From positions 32,778-96,777 of the forward strand of contig JAEUQV010000099.1 in the NCBI GenBank assembly GCA_016789655.1: a stretch of DNA of 64,000 bases, read 5' to 3'. A model generated the notes under the pieces. It saw nothing but the letters and a program-made list of their open reading frames with translations. It was not told the DNA's origin and searched no databases. The stretch's first letter is position 1. Every line of letters starts with the position of its first letter. Below, in pieces: positions 43,222 through 52,823 of the stretch. Source of the DNA: Candidatus Saccharimonadota bacterium (GTDB lineage Bacteria; Patescibacteriota; Saccharimonadia; Saccharimonadales; UBA4665). Both the position numbers and the translations under genes were made by a program.

Positions 43222-44829
43222 TTATCCGACTACGCGGAAGACTTCGTCTAGGGTCGTGCGACCAGCTATGACGTGCAGTATGGCATCTTGTAGCATGGTA
43301 CGCATACCGCTGGCTATAGCGGCTGCTTCTATCTCTTGAGATGAGATTACTTCAGCGTGGGTTTCGAGCAGCTTGCGTATTTCGCCGGTCATCAAGAATT
43401 GCTCGCGAATTGCGATCTGACCCTTATATCCATAGGGGTTTTCGGCCGAGGAGCCCGGTTTATAAAGCCGTAGATTCTCGAGGCTTGGCTGTGCTACGTT
43501 TGGCGGCAAAGAATTAACCACTTGCTCGATAACTCGCAATTCCTCTGCGCTAGGAACATACGCTTGCTTGGTTGTTTCATCGAGCTGCCGAACGAGCCGC
43601 TGCGCCATCACCAGCCGGATCGCCGAAACAAAAAGCGGGTTCGTGCCTATAATATCGCTCAGCCGTGTCAGCGCCGCTGCTGCCGATGAGGCGTGAAAGG
43701 TTGCTAGCACCAAATGACCAGTAAGGCTTGCCTGTAATGCTGTTTTCGCGGTGTCGTTATCGCGAATCTCGCCAACCATGATAATGTCTGGGTCAAGCCG
43801 CAGAATAGCCCTAAGCTTGTCTGCAAAAGAACCGTCATTACCACCCTCGGTTGTTTTTATGGGGATCTGAGTAATATCTTCAAACTGGTACTCTACCGGA
43901 TCTTCGACGGTAATTATCTTTCGCTCGTCGCTAGCAAGACTATTTAGCATAGAATACAGCGTTGTTGTCTTGCCGGAGCCCGTCGGGCCGACAACCATCA
44001 CAAGCCCGCTGGGCTTACCAATGATACTATCGACCACTTCACGCTGATCGACCGTAAGACCGAGCCGATCGAGGTTATACATCTCTCTATTCATATTAAA
44101 GAGCCGCATCACGACGTCCATGCCATTTACGGTTGGCACGGTTTCGAGCCGCACGTTAACATCAACCTCATGCTCGTCAGCCATCTTCACCTTTTGGGCA
44201 ATATGACCCTGCTGGGCATAGTCTGCGCTCGTGCTGACATTGCCGGCACTAGCTATAGCGCTTATAAGTACACGGTATTTATCTGGCTCGAGTTTGGCGA
44301 CTGGGTGCAGCACACCATCTATCCGTAAGCGCACCCGCGCACCATAGCGTTGTGTTTCGAGGTGGATATCGCTGGCATTGAGCCGGTGAGCCTGGCTCAC
44401 AAGGTATGCGAGCATATCATCGGCTCGAACCTGAGAAAGCATACCAGATACTTCCTGCACGAGCTGGTCGGTACCCGCAGTATCTATTTGAATATCTTGG
44501 TATACCACCTGCTTGGGCGGATCGTAAAGGTTCATATAGTCTCGAAAACCGGCTTCAGAAATAAGGCTAAACGTCACCTTCTGGTCAGTAAAATGATCGA
44601 CCAGAGCATTCATAGTTTGCTGCGATGTGGTGGTTGTTATGCCGAAGTGAATGTTGCTGCGATCTGCCTGCAGCGGGATGATCTTATACTGGCGCATCTG
44701 GTCATTGGTCAGGATTTCGCGGTACAGCTGTTTGTTGGTAATGGCCGAAGTGTCGGTGTATGTTACCCGCAATATGTCGGCACGCCGCGAGGTTGCACGC
44801 TCTTCGTCTAACCGAGCATCGTCACTCAT
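43222..44829 (-). CDS. Type IV pilus assembly / type II secretion ATPase (GspE/PilB family)
   Basis: Walker A GPTGSGKTTT, Asp box, Walker B and His box of the GspE family, plus an N-terminal GSPII_E-like region. Confidence 0.88.
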   Translation of the reverse strand: MSDDARLDEERATSRRADILRVTYTDTSAITNKQLYREILTNDQMRQYKIIPLQADRSNIHFGITTTTSQQTMNALVDHFTDQKVTFSLISEAGFRDYMNLYDPPKQVVYQDIQIDTAGTDQLVQEVSGMLSQVRADDMLAYLVSQAHRLNASDIHLETQRYGARVRLRIDGVLHPVAKLEPDKYRVLISAIASAGNVSTSADYAQQGHIAQKVKMADEHEVDVNVRLETVPTVNGMDVVMRLFNMNREMYNLDRLGLTVDQREVVDSIIGKPSGLVMVVGPTGSGKTTTLYSMLNSLASDERKIITVEDPVEYQFEDITQIPIKTTEGGNDGSFADKLRAILRLDPDIIMVGEIRDNDTAKTALQASLTGHLVLATFHASSAAAALTRLSDIIGTNPLFVSAIRLVMAQRLVRQLDETTKQAYVPSAEELRVIEQVVNSLPPNVAQPSLENLRLYKPGSSAENPYGYKGQIAIREQFLMTGEIRKLLETHAEVISSQEIEAAAIASGMRTMLQDAILHVIAGRTTLDEVFRVVG

Positions 44830-44909
44830 AGATTACATCCACCATTCATATGAAAGTAGTATACCTGCTTGTGGTTTGCGATGGAAGACAAACGACATAT
44901 ATACCACTC

Positions 44910-45054
44910 AGAAATTACTTTCCACCCCTCCGCTTTAGCCCTTACCGGCCATAGTAAGCCAATACTGGTTTACGTCTTATCACCGATAAACCTTGCCAGT
45001 ATTGACTTAATTTGACTCGGCGATCATCTGAACGGAGGGGTGGGAAGTATTTCT
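44910..45054. repeat. Nested long inverted repeat in the pilB/trmH divergent spacer
   Basis: Outer arms are AGAAATTACTTTCCACCCCTCCG (44910-44932) and CGGAGGGGTGGGAAGTATTTCT (45033-45054). Inner arms are CCAATACTGG (44959-44968) and CCAGTATTG (44996-45004). Confidence 0.6.
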
Positions 45055-45150
45055 GTGGGATATCCGTTGAACGTTGCTAGTTGGTCGTTTACTCAGAAGC
45101 GTCTGTTGCTAATCTTGTGGATTGTGAATTGGGCTCGCTATACTAGTGAG

Positions 45151-45648
45151 ATGCGCCAGATAGTCCTCATCGCCCACGACATACGAAGCACCCACAATGT
45201 GGGTTCATTGGTTCGAACGGCTGAATGCTTAGGCGTAGCACACATCTACCTTACTGGCTACACCCCCTACCCAACAGCTCCAAACGACCCAAGACTGCCG
45301 TATATATACGAAAAAATATCTAAACAAATCCACAAGACGGCACTGGGTGCTGAAGATTCTGTGGCATGGGAACATGCAGATGATGTCCAGGACGTCATCG
45401 CCACCCTTCGTTCGCAAGGGTTCACCATTGCTGCGCTCGAGCAGGCTCCAGAAAGTACGGCCATTTCAGCTTGGATGCCGCCCGATAAGATAGCGATTTT
45501 ACTTGGGCGTGAGGTAGAGGGCATCGACCCGGCGCTGCTAGGCGCCTGCGATGACATAATAGAAATCCCTCAATTCGGCAAAAAAGAATCGCTCAATGTC
45601 GTTCAGGCGGCTGCTATAGCTATGTACCACTGCCGCACCTCTGTGTAG
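45151..45648 (+). CDS. SpoU/TrmH-family RNA 2'-O-methyltransferase
   Basis: SPOUT motifs (HNVGSLVRTAECLG, ILLGREVEGI, IPQFGKKESLNVVQAAAIAMY). Start is at ATG 45151, 6 nt after TATACT. Confidence 0.8.
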   Translation: MRQIVLIAHDIRSTHNVGSLVRTAECLGVAHIYLTGYTPYPTAPNDPRLPYIYEKISKQIHKTALGAEDSVAWEHADDVQDVIATLRSQGFTIAALEQAPESTAISAWMPPDKIAILLGREVEGIDPALLGACDDIIEIPQFGKKESLNVVQAAAIAMYHCRTSV

Positions 45649-45699
45649 ATATGCTCATTCGGTTACTGTTTAGCTTGCGCATTCTGCTTATGTTGTGGT

Positions 45700-46845
45700 A
45701 TGGTAGGTTTTAGAAACACGGAATACACAAATATGACGCTAAGCAAATCAAAACCTCGGCGACCAACCTCTGCACACCGTAAGCGGACTGCACAGCATCA
45801 TGCAAAAAATCGCGGCTATATGCACCCCTACTGGCCGTACTTGCCAATAGTAGCAATTGTTATTTGTGGCCTAGTATTTAATAGCTTACTCGCCCGCGCA
45901 CAGCGCAATGTGCTTGGGTATGCAACTGATACAAGTATATCGAGTCTGCTAAGTGGCACGAACAGTCAACGAGTTGCCAATGGCCTCGGTAATTTGGCGC
46001 TGAATAGTCTACTAAATCAGGCCGCCCAAAACAAAGCGAACGATATGATTGCGCGCGACTATTGGTCGCACAATACGCCAGATGGTCAGACCCCTTGGAC
46101 GTTTATTGTGGCTACGGGTTATAGCTACCAAACGGCCGGCGAAAACCTGGCATACGGGTTCAATACCGCTAGCGATACCATAACCGGCTGGATGAATAGC
46201 CCCGGGCACCGCGCCAACATTCTCAACACCAGTTTTTCTGAAGTAGGTTTTGGGATAGCGAATGGGCCAAACTATCAAGGGAGCGGTCCGCAAACAGTCG
46301 TTGTCGCCATGTATGCTCTGCCCGTTGGCGGTGTGCCTGCAACGACACCACCCGCCCCCGAGCCCGCCCCCACACCGACTCCCGCCCCAGCGGCTACGGC
46401 AGCCACGCCCGCGCCAGTCGCACAGAAACCAGCAGCAACTACTCCAACACCAGTTGAAGCTGCTCAGCCAAAGCCCGAAGCTCAAGCTAGCCAGCAAAGC
46501 AGCGGTGGCAACGCCCAGCCCGAAACTGCTGTGACGCTGCCGAAAAACGCTACTACACAAGGCGATAGCCCCGTTAAAGCTACTCAGGCAGATAGCGTCC
46601 AGTCTCAAAAAGTTACAAGACTACAAGTTTTGACCGCTTCAAACGTGGCATGGAGCCAGTTTGCGGTCAGTATGCTTGCAGCGGTTGCCTTACTAGCATT
46701 TCTGTTACGCCACAGCTTGGCTTGGCATAAATTCCTAGTACGTGGCGAGAAGTTTATACTGCACCACCCTCTGCTCGACATACTGTTTATTGCCATTGCT
46801 ACGCTCGGTTTTATACTGCTGCAAACCTCCGGAACAATACGGTAG
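45700..46845 (+). CDS. Membrane-anchored CAP/SCP (PR-1-like) domain protein with Pro/Ala/Thr linker and C-terminal TM segments
   Basis: CAP motifs YWSHNTPDG, GENLAYGF, WMNSPGHRANIL and VGFGIA. It has an N-terminal TM anchor and two C-terminal TM segments. An alternative start is at 45733. Confidence 0.75.
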   Translation: MVGFRNTEYTNMTLSKSKPRRPTSAHRKRTAQHHAKNRGYMHPYWPYLPIVAIVICGLVFNSLLARAQRNVLGYATDTSISSLLSGTNSQRVANGLGNLALNSLLNQAAQNKANDMIARDYWSHNTPDGQTPWTFIVATGYSYQTAGENLAYGFNTASDTITGWMNSPGHRANILNTSFSEVGFGIANGPNYQGSGPQTVVVAMYALPVGGVPATTPPAPEPAPTPTPAPAATAATPAPVAQKPAATTPTPVEAAQPKPEAQASQQSSGGNAQPETAVTLPKNATTQGDSPVKATQADSVQSQKVTRLQVLTASNVAWSQFAVSMLAAVALLAFLLRHSLAWHKFLVRGEKFILHHPLLDILFIAIATLGFILLQTSGTIR

Positions 46846-46850
46846 GATAC

Positions 46851-46894
46851 AGTAGTATGTAGGCTTCAAATAAACTAATAGCCTACTTTCTACT
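46851..46894. terminator. Imperfect hairpin between the convergent CAP-domain gene and dnaE
   Basis: AGTAGTATGTAGGC ... GCCTACTTTCTACT gives 12 pairs with 2 mismatches and a 16-nt loop. There is no clean T-tract. Confidence 0.35.
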
Positions 46895-46897
46895 TAT

Positions 46898-49800
46898 TTA
46901 TTGTAACTTGACATTTTCGACACCGACAAGCTCGCCCAAATCTTGCAGTACTTCTTCGCTGGCATGGATACGCGAGGGTAATTTCACAGCTTGCTTGGCT
47001 GCATCAGGCCCGAGCACTAGCACTACTTCATGGTAACCACCGCTACGATCGACGAGTTGTTTAAGTGTGCTGAGCAGTTGCGTGTCGTCGCTGTTATGTA
47101 ACCGTATATAGACACGCACCGGGCGCGGCGGCTCCTCTGGATCTGGCGGCGTAACTGCGACCGGTTCTGCTTTTGGCGCTAGTTTGGCATTTTTGTTAGG
47201 TTTAGGCACATGTGCCTTTTTGCCGGTGGTCTGGTAGGCAGCCGCTTGTTCGTGAGTGATTTCGCGGGCATCGTCGACCATGAGTTTAACGTCGTCAGAT
47301 GGGTTGCCATCGCGCCCGCGGTTACTCAGCCGGCCGCGAACCAGCACGATACGGTCGCGCTCCCATAGACCAATTGTCTGCTGGTAGGAAGATGGGAATA
47401 AAATGGCCTCAATGTCGCCAAATTCATCCTCTATTTTTACAAAAGCCATCTTCTGACCATTTTTAGTAGTAATTTCACGTATATCGACGATACTACCCCC
47501 AATAACCACCGAGCGACCGTCGTGTTCGGGTTTCAGGACACTGAGCGGCGTGGTTTGTTCAGCCAACATCGCCGAAAAAGCTGCGAGTGGTTGCTGGCTT
47601 AGGTATAGTCCGAGCAATTCACGCTCCCATAGCAGTAATTCACGCGGATTGTGTTTTTGGGGTGGTGCCAGCAACTTGAGGGAGGGACGTGCCGATACAC
47701 TTTCGTCAGTCAAGTTGCCAAATATATCTGTCTGGCCGCTAGCCCGTTCTTTTTGTATTCGCTGACCGTAGGCAATAATTACGTCCATATTATGCAGCAG
47801 TGTCGAGCGATCGTTGAGTACATCGAATGCACCAGCGCGAACCAAGCTTTCGATAGCCTTTCGATTGACAACACGCGTCTGAACCCGAGCTGCAAAATCC
47901 TCGATACTGGTAAACGAACCACTTTCGCGCGCACGTAGTATTTCCTCAACTGCGCCATGACCGACATTTTTTACGGCATTCATGCCAAAACGGATCTGTT
48001 TCTTCTCTTTTACAACCGCAAATTCGCCAAAAGACTCGTTTATATCTGGCGGCAACACCTGTATGCCCATTTTCTTGCATTCGGCAATTTCTATGCTGAG
48101 CCGATCGGTATCATCGAAGTCGCTGGTCATGAGAGCAGCCATGAATGCGGCCGGATAGTGAGCTTTCAGGTAGGCGGTTTGATAACTAATAAGCCCATAG
48201 CAAGCCGAGTGTGATTTATTGAAACAGTAATCGGCAAAGCCGAGCAGATCCTTCCAAAATTTTTCTATAAGTGAACGCTCAACCCCATTTTTAACAGCGC
48301 CCTCCACAAACTGCACCTGCATCTTATTCATAACATCGAGCTTTTTCTTGCCGATAGCCTTACGAAGCGTATCGGCTTCACCGCCACTAAACCCGCAGAC
48401 ATCACGGCTGATCTGCATGACCTGCTCCTGGTACACCAAAACGCCGTAGGTCGTTTGGAGCGATTGCTTCATGAGCGGATGTGCATAGGCAGTTTCTTCC
48501 AGGCCGTTCTTTCGTTTTATAAAACTATCGGTCAGCCCAGCACTAAGAGGTCCCGGACGGTACAGTGCGCCCATAGCTATGACGTCGTCGAATTCGGTAG
48601 GCTTGAGGTCTCGTAAGTAGCGCTTCATACCCGCCGATTCAAACTGAAATACGCCCGTAGTATCACCGCGCCCGAGCAATTCAAAGGTTTTGGCATCGTC
48701 AAGCGGAATAGTTGATATGTTGATTTCATCTCCATAAACACGCTTAATGATTCGCAAGGCGTTTTTAATTATCGTTAAGTTGCTAAGCCCTAAGAAATCC
48801 ATCTTTAGCAGCCCCAACTCCTCAATTTGTGTCATAGGGTACTGAGTTGCAACAACTCCTTTTTGGGCTTGTTCAAGCGGTACATACTTAACCAGTTTAT
48901 CGGGCGCAATCACCACTCCGCAGGCATGCACGCCGTGGCTGCGCACGGTGCCTTCGAGAATCATGGCGTAATCTATGACTTGCTTGCTTGTTTCGTTCGT
49001 TTCGTATTCGCGCTTTAGGTCAGCGTCTTCCACGATGGATTTAGCGAGCGGTATGTGCCTGCCCTGGACGGGTGCCGGGATCATTTTGGCGAGACGATCG
49101 GCATCGGCGTACGGCACTTGCAGCACCCGGGCGACATCGCGTACGGCGTTACGCGCAAACATCCGGCCAAAAGTGACGATGTTGCTCACGCGGTCATGGC
49201 CATATTTATCGGCACAGTACTGGATCACTTCGTCGCGGCGACTGTCTTGGATATCGACATCGATATCGGGCATAGATATGCGGTCGGGGTTTAGAAAACG
49301 TTCAAAAAGCAGTCCGTAGCGCAACGGGTCGAGGTCGGTTATGCGCACAGCATAGGCAATGATAGACCCCGCCGCACTGCCGCGCCCCGGCCCAAAAATT
49401 ATCCCCTGATTCTTGCCCCAGTTTATGAAATCTTGCACGATTAAAAAGTAGCCGTTAAAACCCATGCTGTCGACAACGCCGAGTTCATAAGCGGCCCGCT
49501 CAAGCACGTGCTGCGGCAACGTTTTTTGGGCGGCTTCTACGCTAAGTTTCTTGCTAGCTGCGTCACTAACCCCACCGTAGCGCCATGCCAAGCCTTGGAA
49601 CACAAGCGTGTCGAGGTAGCTCTTTTCGGTTTCACCTTCGGGTACGGGAAATTTTGGGATGAGGATGTTGCCGAGTTCAATCGTGACATTGCAGCGATCG
49701 GCTATAGCGCGTGTGTTAGTGATGACTTCCGGATGTTCCTTGCCCCAGCGTTTTATAAGCTGGTCGGGGGGGATAACGTGCAGCTCGTAGTCTTTGAGAC

Positions 49801-50581
49801 TCATGCGCTTTTCGTCGGCGAGATATGCACCAGTGCCCACGCACAGCAAGATTTCGTGCGCATCTTGATCTTCGTGCTTTACATAATGTGCATCGCAGGT
49901 TAACACAACTTCTATATTGAGTTCTTTGGCAAGCTTGAACACACCATCGTTTAGCTTCTTTTGCTCAGCTATATGCGACGGCGCACTGGGATGACCATGG
50001 TCTTGCACTTCCAAGTAATACCTGTCGCCAAATACACTCTTATACCACTTGGCTATTTCGCGGGCACGATCATAGTCATCATTCTTAAGCGCATCGCCGA
50101 TTTCGCCACCCAAGCAAGCGCTCGTGGCGATCAGTCCTTCGTTGTATTGCTCGAGTAATTCGTGGTCTATGCGAGGAAAATAGTAGTACCCGTCTAAGTT
50201 TGCGACTGTGCTTAGTTTCATCAAATTGCGGTAGCCAGTTTCGTTCATGGCCAAAAGTACCAAGTGGAATCGGCTTTTATCTTTTTGGGGGTCCTTGTCT
50301 GTATGACGCCGTGCAGCTACGTATGTTTCAATACCGATAATAGGCTTAATATCTTTCGCGCGGCACTCTTTATAAAACTCAATCGTACCGCTTAACGTAC
50401 CGTGATCCGTCATGGCTACGGCTTGCATGCCACTATCCTTGGCAAAATTGACAAGGTCGGGAATTTTCGTCAAACCATCGAGCAAGCTGAACTGCGTATG
50501 ATTATGCAGATGCACATAATCTGCCGGGGTTAGAACCTGAGCAGACTTTAAGCCTTTAACAGATGCGTCTTTTACCGCCAT
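46898..50581 (-). CDS. dnaE: DNA polymerase III subunit alpha
   Basis: 1227 aa with a PHP domain (HLHNHTQFSLLDG), polymerase core, HhH and OB-fold regions. Confidence 0.95.
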   Translation of the reverse strand: MAVKDASVKGLKSAQVLTPADYVHLHNHTQFSLLDGLTKIPDLVNFAKDSGMQAVAMTDHGTLSGTIEFYKECRAKDIKPIIGIETYVAARRHTDKDPQKDKSRFHLVLLAMNETGYRNLMKLSTVANLDGYYYFPRIDHELLEQYNEGLIATSACLGGEIGDALKNDDYDRAREIAKWYKSVFGDRYYLEVQDHGHPSAPSHIAEQKKLNDGVFKLAKELNIEVVLTCDAHYVKHEDQDAHEILLCVGTGAYLADEKRMSLKDYELHVIPPDQLIKRWGKEHPEVITNTRAIADRCNVTIELGNILIPKFPVPEGETEKSYLDTLVFQGLAWRYGGVSDAASKKLSVEAAQKTLPQHVLERAAYELGVVDSMGFNGYFLIVQDFINWGKNQGIIFGPGRGSAAGSIIAYAVRITDLDPLRYGLLFERFLNPDRISMPDIDVDIQDSRRDEVIQYCADKYGHDRVSNIVTFGRMFARNAVRDVARVLQVPYADADRLAKMIPAPVQGRHIPLAKSIVEDADLKREYETNETSKQVIDYAMILEGTVRSHGVHACGVVIAPDKLVKYVPLEQAQKGVVATQYPMTQIEELGLLKMDFLGLSNLTIIKNALRIIKRVYGDEINISTIPLDDAKTFELLGRGDTTGVFQFESAGMKRYLRDLKPTEFDDVIAMGALYRPGPLSAGLTDSFIKRKNGLEETAYAHPLMKQSLQTTYGVLVYQEQVMQISRDVCGFSGGEADTLRKAIGKKKLDVMNKMQVQFVEGAVKNGVERSLIEKFWKDLLGFADYCFNKSHSACYGLISYQTAYLKAHYPAAFMAALMTSDFDDTDRLSIEIAECKKMGIQVLPPDINESFGEFAVVKEKKQIRFGMNAVKNVGHGAVEEILRARESGSFTSIEDFAARVQTRVVNRKAIESLVRAGAFDVLNDRSTLLHNMDVIIAYGQRIQKERASGQTDIFGNLTDESVSARPSLKLLAPPQKHNPRELLLWERELLGLYLSQQPLAAFSAMLAEQTTPLSVLKPEHDGRSVVIGGSIVDIREITTKNGQKMAFVKIEDEFGDIEAILFPSSYQQTIGLWERDRIVLVRGRLSNRGRDGNPSDDVKLMVDDAREITHEQAAAYQTTGKKAHVPKPNKNAKLAPKAEPVAVTPPDPEEPPRPVRVYIRLHNSDDTQLLSTLKQLVDRSGGYHEVVLVLGPDAAKQAVKLPSRIHASEEVLQDLGELVGVENVKLQ

Positions 50582-50692
50582 AGACTTTCTAATACCCTCT
50601 TATCCTTACCTAAAGTATAGCTTAGACGAAAGTTTTTTAAGAGTATCACTTTTACAACAACGTGTGTATACTTTATAATCTATTTGCTTATT

Positions 50693-51241
50693 ATGGAATT
50701 AGTATCCCAAACTCTAGTTATAATTGATCGCACACATCCCGAAACACTTAAAAGAGAACTTTTAATGGGTGTGCCGCAGCGTAATGAATTTCAAAACTAT
50801 TACAATTTTCCGGGCGGGAAAGCTAACCCGCGTGAGTCATTGCTAGCGACTGCAATAAGGGAAACTTTTGAAGAAACTGGTATTAGACTTGATGCAACGC
50901 AGGTCAAAGAGCATGGTAGAATTATCGCCTTCGACCAACGTCCCCATAGTCTGAGGTTTGGTACTATTGCCATATTTGGTGCATCAGTGCCATATGATAC
51001 ACCTGTTGTGTCAGACCAAGCTGAATTTCAGTGTGAATGGGTAGATCCTACTGAAAGAAACATATTACTCAGCATGCCCCCAGATGTAGCCCACTGGCTG
51101 CCTCTCGTCTATAAAGAACCAGCAGTCTACTTTACTTGTCATAAAACTATTACTCCTGGCGGTGCTTATGAATATACTACTGTGCTTGACCATCCCGGAC
51201 AACAGCATGAAATTGTAGATGCTTATGCGCGGAATTTATAG
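50693..51241 (+). CDS. NUDIX hydrolase (canonical Nudix box)
   Basis: GGKANPRESLLATAIRETFEETGI fits Gx5Ex7REUxEExGU. The gene is visibly AT-rich. The track start at 50684 is a TTG. Confidence 0.75.
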   Translation: MELVSQTLVIIDRTHPETLKRELLMGVPQRNEFQNYYNFPGGKANPRESLLATAIRETFEETGIRLDATQVKEHGRIIAFDQRPHSLRFGTIAIFGASVPYDTPVVSDQAEFQCEWVDPTERNILLSMPPDVAHWLPLVYKEPAVYFTCHKTITPGGAYEYTTVLDHPGQQHEIVDAYARNL

Positions 51242-51439
51242 CATTTTACTGCACAGTATGAGTAGCGCGTGCTCGTAGCAAAAATACCAGCCGAGCTCAC
51301 GACCCAAAGGGTATGCATGATAGATAACAAAGCAAATGGCCTTCCGAGCCTAGCACAAACAGTTTGTACAGACACTCCTAGAGCTTTAATTTTACTTTTA
51401 CAACATCTATATTCATAAGTAGTGTGATATATTCCAGAT

Positions 51440-51976
51440 ATGGAGCGCCTTATCGGTACGACGCAAGTTCTTGTAACCGAACCGAGCGGTAAGTTTATTG
51501 TTGGGAGGAAAAAGCGGGGCGCCGGCGAGGGCAGCCTCATGCTGCCCGGTGGCAAAGTTGAGCAAGAATCACATGTCACTGGCGCACTCCGGGAAATTGG
51601 TCAGGAAGCTGGACAACAATTACTGAATGTTCTTGGTGGGATTAGTCTTGTTGCAATTTTACATGTCAATCGTCGCTGTCCTGATACAAACATACCCTTC
51701 GGCCCAATTGCTGTATATCATGCATTCGCATCTAGGGCCGCCCCTTTACTCGGCCCCACCGATGAATTCGAACCGCGATGGGCGCCTTTGGGAGGGCCGA
51801 TGCTTAGCGACATGCTGCCCGACTACAGTATATGGCTCCCAGCAACGTATGGCTTTTCGCAAGCAGGCGGAGGAATGAATCATTATCTCGAATTTGATCT
51901 CAGGAATATAGCTGCTTGGAATATGAACCTAAGAGGAGCACAGGATGCGCCACAAGAGTGCTTAGTTGCAGCATAA
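51440..51976 (+). CDS. NUDIX-fold paralog with a degenerate Nudix box
   Basis: GGKVEQESHVTGALREIGQEAGQ keeps Gx5Ex7RE, but the EE pair reads QE. Confidence 0.55.
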   Translation: MERLIGTTQVLVTEPSGKFIVGRKKRGAGEGSLMLPGGKVEQESHVTGALREIGQEAGQQLLNVLGGISLVAILHVNRRCPDTNIPFGPIAVYHAFASRAAPLLGPTDEFEPRWAPLGGPMLSDMLPDYSIWLPATYGFSQAGGGMNHYLEFDLRNIAAWNMNLRGAQDAPQECLVAA

Positions 51977-52073
51977 TAGAACTGGCTTTTTACAATTAGG
52001 CTCTAACCAAGGTGCTGCCTGCAGTTTTTATTTGCACTATTACTACCAACCGAATGACTAGTACTAGTGAAAA

Positions 52074-52496
52074 CTATTTCTTGAGATAATTGCGGAGGTT
52101 TTCGATGGCTTTTGTGGCTTCAGATATGGCTTTTTTGAGGTCTTTGTCTTCGGCTTCGCCGTCATGAAGACTACTGAGTACTTCGCGAGCCTTATCTTTA
52201 GCTTTTTGGCCTTTGTTCACTGCTTCATCGAGTGTTTTTTCACCTTTACCACGCAGGCTCGAAAGTCGATCACCAGCTTCGGCTATAACATCGCCAAGCT
52301 CGGTATGTAGCTTCTTCAGCTCTTTTTCGGCGGCGCTGTAGGTCTCTGATGCCGTGTGCGCAATATCTTCACGGGTTTCTTTGCCGCTCTTTGGTGCGGT
52401 GAGTATACCTGCGATATAACCTGCAAGTGCGCTTAAAGCTGCGCCAATTGCGAATTTCTCTGCTAGATGCCCGTTCTTATCGCCTCTGTCTGCCAT
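52074..52496 (-). CDS. YtxH-domain protein
   Basis: N-terminal hydrophobic GAALSALAGYIAGILTAPKSGKETRE followed by a charged helical region, typical of YtxH. Confidence 0.75.
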   Translation of the reverse strand: MADRGDKNGHLAEKFAIGAALSALAGYIAGILTAPKSGKETREDIAHTASETYSAAEKELKKLHTELGDVIAEAGDRLSSLRGKGEKTLDEAVNKGQKAKDKAREVLSSLHDGEAEDKDLKKAISEATKAIENLRNYLKK

Positions 52497-52747
52497 TATT
52501 TCCTCCTTGTTTTACTAGCTGTTGCAATATATTTCATCAGCAACCGAATAAGCCCTACAGCACCCGCATTCTTTGCAAGAGTTTGACCTATTTCTTCAGC
52601 ACGTTCAACAATCTCGCCCCCCTTAGCTGCAACCTCGCGTAAAGATTTTACGAGTTTGTAGACTAAAATTGCCGTAATAATTGAAATAACAAGAAATATG
52701 CCAAGCAACACACTTAGAACAATAACGAGAATTTGAAATGCATCCAT
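52496..52747 (-). CDS. Small membrane protein (DUF948-like)
   Basis: 83 aa with an N-terminal TM segment and a helical tail. It overlaps the YtxH gene by 1 nt. TGCTATAGT lies 6 nt upstream of the ATG. Confidence 0.6.
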   Translation of the reverse strand: MDAFQILVIVLSVLLGIFLVISIITAILVYKLVKSLREVAAKGGEIVERAEEIGQTLAKNAGAVGLIRLLMKYIATASKTRRK

Positions 52748-52823
52748 AGTTGTACTATAGCATGAGTTTTATAAGAAACACAAAGCATTGGTCGATATAA
52801 ACTATGTACTATGCTTCAAACTG

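Noticed and set aside
51223-51579. 118-aa minus-strand ORF spanning the spacer between the two Nudix genes.
   Set aside because: It overlaps both Nudix-gene ends, has no Shine-Dalgarno or promoter, and its composition looks non-coding (Cys/Ser/Arg-rich).
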